From Octopus vulgaris (Eukaryota): a stretch of DNA of 64,000 bases. The position numbers were made by a program, and so were the translations under genes. The first letter of the stretch is position 1, and the number at the start of each line of letters is the position of its first letter. The notes under the pieces are model-generated. The model was not told the origin of the DNA, did not search any database, and worked only from the letters and a program-made list of their open reading frames with translations. The stretch covers positions 130,696,001-130,760,000 of the forward strand of contig OX597818.1 in NCBI GenBank assembly GCA_951406725.2, written 5' to 3'. Positions 1 through 13,591 of this stretch are shown piece by piece.

Positions 1-118
1 AGAGGCCGATAGAATAAGTACTAGGCTTACAAAGAATAAGTCCTGGGGCGATTTGCTTGACTATAGGTGGTGCTCCAGCATGGCAGTAGTCAAACTGACT
101 GAAACAAATAAAAGAATA
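1..118 (+). mobile_element. 3' part of tRNA-derived SINE family B (cut by window start)
   Basis: Matches the 3' end of the full copies at 14351 and 28095 (gatagaataagtact...ccagcatgg...gactgaaacaa). Confidence 0.85.
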
Positions 119-157
<39 letters not shown>

Positions 158-324
158 ACACATATATATACCAATTAAGGACTGAACACGAAAAAGTGGA
201 CAGTCAACATGCTAGATATAGACGTCAAATCGCCATTCTCCACAAAAAGTCTATGTTCTCAGATCAAACTCAACACAAAACCAAAACAATAAACAAGTGA
301 AAAATATACGAAATAAATATTTGC

Positions 325-390
325 CCATGTACTAAATTTAGTTTCGGCTGTTATTTTCCGCAAGGAAAAGTGCAGCCATCATCAGCATGG
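325..390 (-). ncRNA. Type I hammerhead ribozyme motif
   Basis: Minus strand reads CCAUG-CUGAUGA-U-GGCUG(cac UUUUCC uugc GGAAAA uaa)CAGCC-GAAA-CUAAAUUUAG-UA-CAUGG. Stems I, II and III all pair, the core is intact and the cleavage triplet is GUA. Confidence 0.85.
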
Positions 391-588
391 TCCCATATAA
401 AATGTAATTTGCTGTACTAAATGCCAACACGATACCGAAATATCGCGTGCATGGAGTACGGCCTATTACATTTGAAATATATATTTCAAATGTCTCTAAT
501 TTTGGCGCGATGAGACCCGAGAAAACTAGCCTGCAGCTAATAGTTAGCAGCAGTTAATTTATCGGTTAGAGAACAAATATTTATATAA

Positions 589-715
589 AATTAAATTTAG
601 GGTAAAAATTGATATTTATCAATTAGAACCAGTGGTCAATCTTCGGATTCTTTCTTTAATATGCTAGACCACTGGTTCTAATTGATAAATATCAATTTTT
701 ACCCTAAATTTAATT
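589..715. repeat. Perfect 49-bp inverted repeat with 29-nt spacer
   Basis: 589-637 is the exact reverse complement of 667-715. Confidence 0.95.
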
Positions 716-760
716 GTACACACATATATGTATACACATACATATATATATATACATATA

Positions 761-1626
761 CTAGCTGACGTACCCGGTAATTCCCAGGAAAGTGGGGCTT
801 ATCCCTTGGTTCTGTTCCCATTATTGTTTTGCTAATCCAATAACAACAATACAAAGTATGTAGCTCTTAGAATGGTTTTTGTGCATTTACAGACAATACT
901 GAAATGCCTTACACAGGATCTTGTTTTTAGGAATTCCCAATAAGTTATGAATACCCAAATTGTGAAGTCAGTTATGTAATAACATGAAATTAGTTACCCA
1001 ATAGTAAGAATTCAAATAAAGTAGCCCCTGAAAAAGGTTTTAATGTGTTCCCAGAGTATATAGAACTTAGGAGGAAATACTAATAAGGTATGTATACTAA
1101 AATTGTAAAGCATGTTACATAATAACAGGCTAATCATATATGAGATGATAACAATTCAGAGTAAATAATTCTGAAAAGGCTTTTGTGCATTCCCAGAGAA
1201 TATTACCCTCAGGGGCACTAGTGTTGGTACATTTGTGAATAAGTCACTAACCGAAATAAGTGGATCTACTGTTTTGGAAAATACTATTTACTTGTTTAAG
1301 GGTTGTACTGGATAAGTTGTGAAAATAACTCTAACAGATCAAATACTAAAAATGAGTATACTCAATTTGATCTATACCAAATAATTTAGAAAAATGGATG
1401 GGTTATTTCCTTTGGATATTAAAATAAAATATATTAGTTATATATAAGGATCCCTTCCAAGGGCCCTATTATCGATTTTTTCTAACAATCTGAGTATGCG
1501 ATGAGGTTTCCAGACATGAGTTCTAGTCACATCTCAAGTTTCATCAAAATTGATAAAACGACATAGGAGGAGTTAGCTAACATCTCCACAAACACACCCA
1601 CAGACAGAATTTCCCACATATGTAGA
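761..1626 (-). mobile_element. Non-autonomous Helitron
   Basis: Minus-strand 3' end is hairpin cctgggaattaccggg, then tacgtcagCTAG followed by T. The 5' end begins TCTACATATG. No ORF and no TSD. Confidence 0.7.
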
Positions 1627-1659
<33 letters not shown>

Positions 1660-1680
1660 ACACACATACGCAAACACCCA

Positions 1681-1724
<44 letters not shown>

Positions 1725-1910
1725 CACACATAGAGCTTCTTTCAGTTTCCATCTGTCAAATATACTTAAAATCTTTGGTCAGCCTGGAACTATAATGGAA
1801 GACATTTGACCAACATGCACCACAGTGGGGCCGAAACTGAAACTATGTGACTGCAGAGCAAACTTCCTAACCACACAGCCACAGATATGCTTATCTCTCT
1901 CTCTCTCTCT

Positions 1911-1961
<51 letters not shown>

Positions 1962-2310
1962 TATGTGTGTGTGTGTATACATACAAAATATTGCAAAGAT
2001 GGATTTAAATTTCATCATTCTACATTTTCAAACATGCATGAATGAAAAGAATATACAGAAATATACACAGTCACACATCAACTAATATATGCACAGACAT
2101 ATTAACTAAAGTTCACATAGTTACATATATACATATAATAACCATATGCACACATCAGACACATATACATCCACACACATATGCATATTAAATATCATAT
2201 TATTCATATGAGCGTGCACATACACGTTACAAAACAAACACAGAGCAAAACCAGCATGTAGGCATTTATATATATACACACACGCACACACACACATATA
2301 TATATATATG

Positions 2311-2356
<46 letters not shown>

Positions 2357-2404
2357 ATTATATATATGCAATCAATTATATATATATAAATATATCAACA
2401 TTAT

Positions 2405-2449
<45 letters not shown>

Positions 2450-2538
2450 ATATATTTATATTCAGAATACCAATACATACCAATGCAGGTATATGTATAC
2501 ACACATACACACACACACATACTGATTCATGCAACTAC

Positions 2539-2575
<37 letters not shown>

Positions 2576-3203
2576 GACACGGGCAAAAACATACAAACAC
2601 AGACAGGTACACTTCCAGATAGTTTCACCAAAAGAAAAAAGGCCAAAGTGAGCGATTGATAAAGAAAACGATAAAGAAAAAGAAAAAATTGATAGACAGA
2701 AAGAGAAAAAAGAATGAGAAAAGAGAGAAAGAAATAAAGAGTAAAAGAGGGAGATACAGAAAGAGAAGGAGAGTGAGAGGCAAGAGCAGACCGCCCTTGG
2801 GTGTTGAAATATCAAACGACTATTACAGCGTTTGCAAACGGTTGTAGAGATACGGATAGCTATGATTTCTATCGGACTACGATGTTCAGAAAGTGTGTAA
2901 GATGTTTGCAGTGATAGACAAAAAAACAGCTGCCATAGAATTTGGCAAGTAAATTTTGGCCGGCAGCAATTCCAAAGTCTCCAAGGAAGGATCTTTCTTT
3001 TTGAGGGTCAAAAACCTAATCTCCATTTGTTTGCTTGAGTTCTGTATTGGTGGGGGAGGATGGAGGTGGTGGTGGTGGAGGTGGTGGCAGTGGTAGTTGT
3101 TGTTATTGTTGTTGTTGTTGGTGGTGGTGGTTGGTGGTTGGTGGTGACGGTGGTAAAGACCACTTCTTAAATTTTAAAAATGCATTTGTGTGCATGTAGT
3201 TAC

Positions 3204-3254
<51 letters not shown>

Positions 3255-3363
3255 AATACACACATACATATATATATATATACACACACAAACATATACA
3301 CACACACACATATATGCATATATATAAATATATATATATACATATAAATATATATATGCATGC

Positions 3364-3399
<36 letters not shown>

Positions 3400-3433
3400 A
3401 TAAATATACATTCATATATATGTGTGTGTGTGC

Positions 3434-3465
<32 letters not shown>

Positions 3466-3952
3466 ATACACACACACACACATGTACATATGTATGATGT
3501 TTGCGTTCATGTTTGTGTGGGTAAGTTTTATGTTTGTATACAGTACACGTGTTTGTATTTTTATCTGCGTGTTTATGTGTGTGTTGAGAATTTTACATGC
3601 TTGTAAAATATGTGTGTGTGTATATGTGTCCACACATATTTCTATTTTCATGAGTATGCTTGTATAGGTGTATGAGTGCATATGCATGCATGGACTGTGA
3701 TGTAATTGTATATGCATGTGTGCATATGTTTGCATTTCTATGTATACGCGTGTGCATTCTTCAGTAAATTTTAGTGTGCACTGGAATTCTCTTGGTTATG
3801 TATTTATATATGTGTGTGTATTTGTGTAATGGCATTTCTATACATTTGTGCGTATATGCATATTAGATGCTATTCTTGAGCATGTGTTGGTATGTATAAG
3901 TTTAAACATCTCAATGCCGTTTGTGTATGTGTGTGTGTGTATATATATACAG

Positions 3953-3999
<47 letters not shown>

Positions 4000-5175
4000 C
4001 TATCTATCTATATATATATATAGATAAATACTGAAAGATATATGTATATATGTAAATATCTATCTACACATACACACACATATCAATATATATCTATATC
4101 TGTTTCTCTCTCTCTTTGTATATATATATGTATATATATATATATGTGTGTATATATATATGTACATACATACACATATATATACACACACAGACACACA
4201 CGCATGTTTGTATATGTGTGTGTGCGTGTGTGTTAATGCATGTGTACGTATGCATCTTCAGTTTTGTTACATGGATATGCGCTTGTTTGCGTGCATATAT
4301 GTATCTGTATGTGGTGTCTGTGTGTTTGTTGGCTGCTTTTATTTTATGGCTAAATTTTTTTTTTTTCCTGTACTCTTATTCTGTTTTGGTGGGTGTGGAC
4401 ATAAAAGAAGATGGACAGAGAAAAGTGTAAATAAAAATTATGAAAACAACCACAACAACAACAGCAACACCAACAAATAGCAATAACAATAAACAACAAC
4501 CAAAAAGTATGGAACTTGATTTAAAAATAAGAAAAGCAACTCTTTTCACAAAATGATAAAATGCAAGCTGATAGACCGATAATCTTTGTTGATTATTTGT
4601 TATTATTTTTCTGTTTTTGCTGCAAGCCTGCTACTTATCCACTGCCCCTCAACTTCCACTTCCCCATACTGGCTAACACCCTTCTCACCGACCTGCTTCC
4701 ACCAGTTCCTTCTGACTCTGCCTTAACCTATCCTGCCAATTCTACCTAAAGAATATAATACATACACACGTATGTGCACAGGCACACTCACACATATATG
4801 TGGTGCCGAACACTTTGAAGCACATCCTTGAAGAAACGAAGAAGATAGACGGTTATGATGAAAGACATATCAATTCCAGCCAACTCTTCTAACATCTATT
4901 ACTGTTGTTCCTTAGAAAAATTGGTCTTGTCAGACATCAGAGGCACCAACACAAATAAAGATGTACAAATGAAGAAGGAAATTCTCTCAAGAAGACCTGT
5001 CCACCACAGCAGAATTGATACCGGTGCTGGTGTCATGTAAAAAGCACCCAATACACTGTGTAAGGTGGTTGACATTAGGAAGGGCATTCAGTAGTACAAA
5101 CCAAACCAAAACAGATTATGTAACCTGGTGTGGGTACTGACCTTACCAGCTCCTGTCAAACCATCCAACTCATAC

Positions 5176-5400
5176 CTATTTCTTTACTACCCACAAGGGG
5201 CTAATCACAGAGAGGACAAACAAGGACAGACAAACGGATTAAGTCGATTATATCGACCCCAGTGCGTAACTGGTACTTATTTAATCGACCCCAAAAGGAT
5301 GAAAGGCAAAGTCGACCTCGGCGGAATTTGAACTCAGAACGTAACGGCAGACGAAATACTGCTAAGCATTTTGCTCGGCGCGCTAACGTTTCTGCCAGCT
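5176..5400 (-). mobile_element. tRNA-derived SINE family A
   Basis: Near-identical to copies at 25122, 31781 and 46342; carries the B-box-like gagttcaaattcc. Confidence 0.9.
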
Positions 5401-6639
5401 CACTGAGGAGGAAGAAGAGCAGGAGGAGGGGAGGAGGAGCCATTGTCAATGACAACACATACATATACGCACACATACTGACAGAAAAGTGTTGATAACT
5501 CAGTAAATGACAAATTCTCATGAGACTTTGTTTATAAAGAAATGTTTTTCTTTTTGCGTATGTAGTTTAAAGATGACATTTGTAACTTTCTTGTCTTTGT
5601 TCTGGGAGACAGTGACACTGCTATGCTAGTCAGAGGTGACACCTTATACTACCTGAACCACAATGCAAGTAATTATTGCTTAAATATATTGAGAAGCTTG
5701 CTCTATAACCACATGGCTTCAGGTACAGTCCTACTGCACAGCATCTTCTGCTATAGCCAAGGGTCAACTAATGCCTTGTGAGTGAATCTGGTTGATGGAA
5801 ACTGTATGGAAGCCAATTGTTTGCATATGTGTGTGTGTGTGCATGTGTATGTATGTGTGTATGTATGTATGTGTGCCTTCTTATTTGTCCCCCACCACCA
5901 CTTGACAACCAGTATTAGTTTGTTTACGTCCCTATAACTTAGCAGCTCAGCCAAAGAGACTGATAGAATAAGTACCAAACTTTAATAAAATAAGAACTGG
6001 AGTTGACTTATTTGACTACACCCCTCAAGGCAGTGCCCCAGCATTGTCATGGTGCAATGACTGAAACAAATAAAATACAAAGAATATATGAAAAATAAGG
6101 TCCTCCTTTGACATTTTCAGCATGTCAGTAACTATCCCCTTAAGGACCAACAACTTCCCTTGTCTTCATATCTATGTAGCTGCTGATTTCAACAAGTTCC
6201 TCCCACTGTTGGATTTGCTTGGGTTTGTCACTCTATCTCTCCTTCGGGCATTCTCTCCATTCAACATCCTCATCCTTCCTGGTGTCAGTGATAAGGACCG
6301 TAGGACTATCACTCTTTCCATACATTTCCTAAATGACATAATCCTTTGCAATCTGGAATATCTCACACCTTTGACATTGAGAAACTTCTTACTTTCCATT
6401 TCTCTCCTTACTGAGTATACCTGACAGCTCTCACCTCTTCAAGCTACCTGATACTGTTCAGTGTCGGCTCCTTACTTCCATTCTTACTCTACCAACCATA
6501 CATTTTGACCACCTCATCATGTTTTGTCCAACTGAAACCCTGCTCCATTCACAGATCAGCTTTGCAGGTCACAGCAGGTAGTCTTGGAGAAGTGCTTCGT
6601 TGTTTTCTGTGTTACAGGTCTCTCTATTTTATTTTTTTC

Positions 6640-6910
6640 CAATCATAAGCAGTGTATAATGTGAAAGGTAGGAGAGTCCAGTTTGCTGGACATTGTTGTA
6701 GAGCTGAAAAAGAAGTAATTTCTACTCTTCTCCTCTGGAAGCCATCTACTCGCAATACCAGAGGACGCACACTCTCCTACCCTGATGTAATCTCCAGGGA
6801 TACAGGCATCCAGCAACAGGACCTCCGTAATGCCATGATGGACCATGAAGTCTGGCGTAGCATGGTAAATTCCATTGTCTCGACCACGGTCGAACAATGA
6901 TGATGAATGA
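6640..6910 (+). mobile_element. RTE-clade LINE 3' end
   Basis: Translates as RRVQFAGHCCRAEKEVISTLLLWKPSTRNTRGRTLSYPDVISRDTG...AMMDHEVWRSMV*, followed by a (TGA)n-like tail. Confidence 0.8.
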
Positions 6911-7211
6911 TAATGTGAAATCTGAATACCTAAACCACAGGTTCATATGTGTCAGAAATATGAGCAAGGTTCACAGATAGCAGGTGGACCCAGGCAGTTT
7001 CTGAGTGCTATCCTAGACAGAGACAGGAAAAATTTGGAAGGTCCCCATGACCATGGGAAGATGATTTAGTTAAATTTTGTGGCCACATCGAAAAGAAGGG
7101 TCCAGTGAAGAAAGAATTAGAAACACTGTAATCAGCAGTCTATAACAACATCCTGTAGTTTGATCGATACAGTTGACATATACACTCTTGCATATATATG
7201 CATATATATAT

Positions 7212-7606
7212 ACTCTTTTACTCTTTTACTTGTTTCAGTCATTTGACTGCGGCCATGCTGGAACACCGCCTTTAGTCGAGCAAATCGACCCCGGGACTTA
7301 TTCTTTGTAAGCCCAGTACTTATTCTATCGGTCTCTTTTGCTGAACCGCTAAGTGACGGGGACGTAAACACACCAGCATCGGTTGTCAAGCAATGCTAGG
7401 GGGACAAACACAGACACACAAACATATACACACACATACATAAATATATACATATATATGACAGGCTTCTTTCAGTTTCCGTCTACCAAATCCACTCACA
7501 AGGCATTGGTCAGCCCGAGGCTATAGCAGAAGATGCCACGCAGTGGGACTGAACCCGGAACCATGTGGTTGGTTAGCAAGCTACTTACCACACAGCCACT
7601 CCTGCG

Positions 7607-7609
<3 letters not shown>
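7212..7609 (-). mobile_element. Full-length tRNA-derived SINE family B
   Basis: Head ggcgcaggagtggctgtgtggt...gggttcagtccc, internal (TA/CA) tract and (TAAAAGAG)n tail. Confidence 0.92.
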
Positions 7610-7652
<43 letters not shown>

Positions 7653-7679
7653 TTATTTATTATTTATGCACCCTTTTCA

Positions 7680-7900
7680 AGCCTAGCCAGGCTCATGGGC
7701 CTGGTTTCCTGGTTTCTGTGGCGTATGTGTTCCCCCCAGCTGGACAGGACGCCAGTCCATCGCACCATTACCCAAGAAACAGGAAGGAAGAGCGAGAGAA
7801 AGTTGGGGTGAAAGAGTAAAACAGGGGTCACCACCACCCCCTGCTGGAGCCTCATGGAGCTTTAGGTGTTTTCGCTCAATAAACATACACAATGCCTGAT
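7680..7900 (-). mobile_element. SINE family C/D fragment
   Basis: Reverse complement matches 24430-24560 and 62290-62490 (ttgagcgaaaacacctaaagctcc; gatggactggcgtcctgtccag). Confidence 0.75.
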
Positions 7901-7914
7901 ATATAAAATATATA

Positions 7915-8395
7915 AAATATTGTAAAACATCAAACATTATTGTCAAGTTAGAAAACAGAGAGATCTAACGGATACAAATTAATTTATTAATTAATCAACA
8001 TATTCTTCTACAATTGTTTCATTTCACAAACAAAATTAAAATTACGAAACACATATAAATATATAATTTTGCATTTTAAAAACCTCATTTGGAAAATTAT
8101 CAGGGTGTACAAAGGGCAATAAGGATTACATTAGGATACATTTGGAATCCTCAGAATATGTAGACATGTTTATTATATATAAACATGTCTGTATATCTTG
8201 TATATTTGTACAGTATCCTTATGTAATTCTTATTTTCCTCTGCATGATTTCCCATACAAGGTATTTAAAATGTCAAATTATAAATTCATACGTTTTGTAA
8301 TTTTAATTTTGATTGTGAAATGCAACAATTGCAGGTGAATATGTTGATTAATTAATAAAATTAATCAATTTTCTAACTTGGATAATAATGTTATG

Positions 8396-8400
<5 letters not shown>
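7915..8400. repeat. Diverged ~480-bp fold-back palindrome
   Basis: 7977-8050 matches the reverse complement of 8292-8366. Inner arms match (aataaggattacattaggatac vs aataagaattacataaggatac). Centre is agacatgtttat-tat-ataaacatgtct near 8170. Confidence 0.8.
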
Positions 8401-8467
<67 letters not shown>

Positions 8468-8485
8468 TATGCATGTGTGTGTGTG

Positions 8486-9070
8486 TACAATGCCTGTGTC
8501 CTCAGCATCCTGTTGTATGGCAGCGAGACATGGGCCACATATGCCCATCAAGAAAAAAAGCTGAACAGCTTCCATCTCAGAAGCCTATGACACATACTCA
8601 GCATCTCCTGGCAGGACAAGGTGACCAACACTGACGTCCTAACTCGTGCTGGCCTCCCTTCCATGTACACCTTGCTGAGACAATGTCTACTATGCTGGCT
8701 AGGCTACGTTCGCTGTATGGAGGATTACCGAATCCCAAAAGACATTCTCTATGGAGAACTTGCAGTAGGACAGACAAACAAGGGCTGCCCACAGCTGAGG
8801 TACAAGGACGTGTCAGGAGGGATATGAAGGTGCTCAACATTGACATCAACTCCTGCGAGGACCTGGTAGTGGACCGCACCAGGTGGAAAAGTGCACTTCT
8901 CAAACAACTACGGATTGGTGAAGAGAAGCTGTCAGCTGCAGCTGCAGAAAAGTGAGCCCGATGTAAGGGATCAACAGCCGACAGACCAGAATCCACACAC
9001 AAATGCGATCTATGCAACCAAGACTGTCATTCTCGCATTGGTCTGCATAGCCACAGCTCAAGCTGAGTGA
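8486..9070 (+). mobile_element. RTE/BovB-like LINE 3' fragment, pseudogenised
   Basis: [16 protein letters not shown]...ISWQDKVTNTDVLTRAGLPSM...RIPKDILYGEL, ending in C2H2-like CDLCNQDCHSRIGLHSH. Contains an in-frame stop and a frameshift near 8812. Confidence 0.93.
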
Positions 9071-9107
9071 CCCAATCTAGACAATAAATGGATGGACATG
9101 ATACCTT

Positions 9108-9844
9108 AGTCATATAAAATCGCCAGATGACTTTGGAATCTCCTGCAACTCTTCTGGACAGTCTCCTTGTTTAAAATTGGTGAATGCTGCCATAATTCTT
9201 GCCTTCAGTTAATCTTTGGTGTTACAAGTTAATCTTTGGTGTTGGTTTATCACTCAACTGTGACCCACACATAATATTCCAGGGGTTTGCAATGTGGGGA
9301 GTTAGGTGACCAGATGTTAGGGGTGATGTCATTGCAGAAATTATCTGACAGCCATGACTGGGTTCTCCTGCTTGTACAGCATGGTGCAGAGTCCTGTTAC
9401 CAGGCATAGGGTTTTCCATTAGCCACCCTCTTGACCCAAGGCAGCACTATCTCCTCCGGGCATTTGATGTAGGCCTCCGTGTTGAGTCTGAGGCCATGTA
9501 GGAAGACAGATGGAGGCATAACGTCACCATCACTAGTGATCACTCCAAACACCATGATGTTGACTGGGTGTTTGCTTTTTATCACTCCCTCTACATGTCC
9601 TCAGATTGACACCCAAATACTCTAAAATGTCCTTATTGGAGCTTTCAGCATGAATGCCAAGCAGTAAGGCATGTTGCTTCCAAATCTCTGGCAAAGCAAA
9701 TTGCTTTATAGTGCTGTTTTTTAATTACAGATGGTGCCCAACTGACCCTACTATACTATGTAGTCGACAAAATCAAAAACAAACAATGCGGATGCGTGAA
9801 ATTAAAGATATAAAATACCGACAATTTACCAATTGCATCCTGTA
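9108..9844 (-). mobile_element. Internally deleted Tc1/mariner transposon, DD37D (maT)-type
   Basis: N-terminal PEIWKQHALLLGIHAESSNKDILEYLGVNLRT is fused to KHPVNIMVFGVITSDGDVMPP...W*QDSAPC...WSPNSPHCKPLE. There are 37 residues between the QDSAP Asp and the final (mutated) acidic position. One terminus ends in TA near 9844. Confidence 0.85.
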
Positions 9845-10059
9845 TATATATATATATGTACACACACACACACTCATTCATATATATTTTTAAAAAATTA
9901 TTTTATCTAGTTTCAGCTCACGAGCTGTGGCCATGCTGGGGCACTGCCATTTGTATATGTATGTATACAAAGTCATACGGATCAAGATCAAAAAGGCATG
10001 TGGTGGGCCAAAATTGTTGAGAAAATATAAGGGAAAATAGAGAAAGAGAGGCTGCATGT

Positions 10060-10149
<90 letters not shown>

Positions 10150-10315
10150 CTAGAAAATGTGTGAGAGAATAAGATAGAGTAAGAGTGAAGGGATGAAACA
10201 AAGTGAGGACAGTGAGGGAATGTGATAGAGTAAAAGGAGTGAAACATTGTGATAGAGTGAAAAAGGAATGAGAGAATTTGATAGGATAGAATTCAAACAA
10301 GCAAAACTATTAAGC

Positions 10316-10356
<41 letters not shown>

Positions 10357-10599
10357 CTTTCAATTCAACCCTGGCCAACCCAACTCAACCCCCAAAACCC
10401 CCAGCTCAGCTCAGCACCCTCCCCCATCCTAGCACCATCCCAACATACACACATGCACAAAACAACAAACAAACCAACACACAGAGTTTATTAACCTGAG
10501 GCAATATCGGAACAATCACCATGATGGCGTGCAAAAATATTACTTTGAAAGAAAAAAAAACAAACAGAAAAAAATCCACAACAACAACAACAACAACAA

Positions 10600-11445
10600 T
10601 ATGCTAACTACCGTTATTGCCAACATAAGCATCACCACCACTACAACTACCACCACCACCATCACTACTGTCTCTACAACAGCCATCACCGCCACTACCA
10701 TCACCGCAACCATCAGCACCAACACCATCACCACTACCATCACCACTACAACTACCACCGCCATCACCGCCACTACCATCACCACAACCATCAGCACCAA
10801 CACCATCACCACCACCTCCACTACTACAACTACCACCGCCATTACCACTGTCTCTACAACAGCCATCACTGCCACTACCATCATCACAACCATCAGCACC
10901 ATCACCATAACTATCATCACCACCATCACCACTACCATCACCACCACCACCACCATCATCATCATCACAGCCACAGCTGCCGCCCGCCGTCAACATCACT
11001 ACCACCACCACTACTGTCTCTACAACAGCCATCACCGCCACTACCATCACCACAACCATCAGCACCACCACCATCATCATCATCACAGTCACAGCTGCCG
11101 CCATCAACATCACTACCACCATCACCACCACCACCACACTACAACCACCACCGCTGTTGCTGCAGCCATCGTCCCCACCACCACCACCACCACCACTGTA
11201 TTCACCATCATTTTTCGCAAAAATAATCAACATTGCCATCATCTTTGCAGTAACACAAAATTCTATCATCAATGCTACTAGCACCACCACCACCACCATC
11301 ATCATTGTAACAACAAATGGTAACCATCACTACCATCATCATCATCACTGCCCCCATTCCAACCCATCATCATCATCACCATCATCAGACTAATGATAAC
11401 CAATTTTCCCATCACAACTACCATTATCATCGTTGTCATCATCAC

Positions 11446-11477
<32 letters not shown>

Positions 11478-11800
11478 GAGCAATGGTTACTAAACACCAT
11501 CATCACACCATCATCAACATCATCATCGTAATCACAGCACTGATAATTGAGACCAGTACTATCTCTCTCATCATAGTAGATGATAAACATCACTGGTACC
11601 CTACCATGACCCACTGCCACCACCACCACCACATCACCAACACTGCCACCACCACCACCACCACCACCACCACCACCACATCACAATGACAACGACGACC
11701 ACCACCACTACCACCATCATCACCACGACCATCACCTCTAACGCCACTACTACTATCACCACCACCATCGTTTGTGACAGCGATAATTAGAACAGCAACA
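10600..11800. repeat. (CAC/CAT/CAA)n low-complexity tract with higher-order repeat
   Basis: Triplet-rich, with actgtctctacaacagccatcac recurring near 10667, 10846 and 11011. Confidence 0.9.
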
Positions 11801-12396
11801 ATAAGGAGGTAATGAGGGAAGCCTTTATATGGTGGTCCACCGCATAACCTCCTAGAAAGAGAAACCGAATTCCATTCGATTATTTTAAAAAGTGAGAAGA
11901 ATACATTGAATAATGTACTTCTTGACACACCAGATAAAAAAAACAAAACAATGTGGGATGGTCATAACTGGAATACATTTGGTCATATATTGACCTGAGG
12001 TTAACCTTTTTCAAATCAAATACCTTTCGCCCCACCCCAATATCTCCATATGAAAGAGATCTAAATGAAAGCCTTTCATCAGAATTTCATATTAATTTAC
12101 GTTTCAAATTCCAGTTTTATCTTACTTACTTTTTTTTGTCTTTGTTTTTTATTATTTGTTTCAGTCATTGGGCTGCGGTCATGCTGGGGCATCATCGCCT
12201 TGAAGGGTTTTTAGTCAAATTAATTTGACCCCAGTACCTTTTTTTTTTGGTTTTAAGATTGGTACTTATTTTATTGGTCACTTTTGCTGAACTGCTAAAT
12301 TACAGGGACATGCACAAACCATCACTGGTTGTCAGGTGATGTGTGGGGACAAAGACATATATAATGACACAAACATTTCATATATATATATATATA

Positions 12397-12772
12397 CTAG
12401 CAGTATTGCCTGGCGTTGCTCGGGTTTGTTTCAACCCTTTAGAATTGGAATTTTTGAAAAGTAAAAATTTTGCATTATGTAGCTTGTTATTCTCTTTAAG
12501 TGAACATTTTTCTGGTTGAAATACACCGAAAAATGGCGATACAGCAGTAAAAAAAATCATAAAAAATAGGGATTTTCATAGAAAAAAAGCACCTTTTTGA
12601 TGTAAATAATTTTTGGTCTTAACATGGTCAGATTTGAACTTTTTCTTCTACAGAATAAAGAGCAAGCCTTCTTCTATCATACTCTCAATTTTGATCAACT
12701 TGCGCTGCAGGGTCTCGGGGGAGATAGTGTTAGTTGAAGGCTACCAAACCTGCCATACACAGACAATTTCAG

Positions 12773-12790
<18 letters not shown>
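12397..12790 (-). mobile_element. Short non-autonomous Helitron
   Basis: Minus 3' end is GC-rich hairpin-like cccgagcaacgccagg, then caatactgCTAG followed by T. The 5' end merges into (TA)n via atataaagctgaaattgtctg. Confidence 0.7.
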
Positions 12791-12806
<16 letters not shown>

Positions 12807-13288
12807 CGGACTCTCCCGTCGTTAGATGACGTATGACGGTTCGACAACTTCTTACCAAACAACCACACAGATGATTTGTCTATAGTTTGTGTACACATAA
12901 GCTCATTCCCTCCATCAAATCGACATTACCTGTACAGGTGCAACTGGGTGCCACATGTCAGATGTCAAAATGATTGCCTGGTCTGGGAATTGAACACACG
13001 ATCTCATAATCATGAGTGCAACACCCTAACCACTAAGCCATGTGCCTTACATAGGCGTGGCTGTGTGGTAAAAGCTTGCTTCTCAACCACATCACATGGT
13101 TTCAAGTTCAGTCCCACTGCATGGCATCTTGGACAAGTGTCTTCTGCTTATGCTTCAGGCAGATCCAAATCATTGTGCATGGATTTGGCAGATAGAAACT
13201 GAAAGAAGTCCCTCATACATACATATATATATATGCATATATATCTATATCTATATATATGTATATATGTATATATATATATATATGC

Positions 13289-13321
<33 letters not shown>

Positions 13322-13591
13322 TATATGTGTATATACACATATATATATGTGAGTATATATATATCTATATTATAATATATATATATATAGCAAGGAGATA
13401 TTTGAGGGGATCAATAGGTGGTATTCATCTACTTTTAGACATTATATTATGTCTATTTATTTATTTAAAAAAAATAATTATACTAATATACATACATGTA
13501 TAACATATTATGTTTCACATATATAAAACATATCAGTAATTATTAAAATATAAATAACACAGAACATATGAAGCATAGAGAGCAGAATAGA

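Noticed and set aside
6120-6600. Possible LINE coding remnant (also 49540-49920 and 59150-59520)
   Set aside because: The composition looks coding-like, but I found no diagnostic motif in any frame.
8000-8160. Full hammerhead using TCCTCAG at ~8148
   Set aside because: Stem I is offset by 4 nt and stem II is unconvincing; only the stem III half is reported.
10529-11800. Thr/His-rich ORFs resembling a mucin or histidine-rich protein
   Set aside because: All frames are open because of triplet repeats; there is no signal peptide, credible start or splice context.
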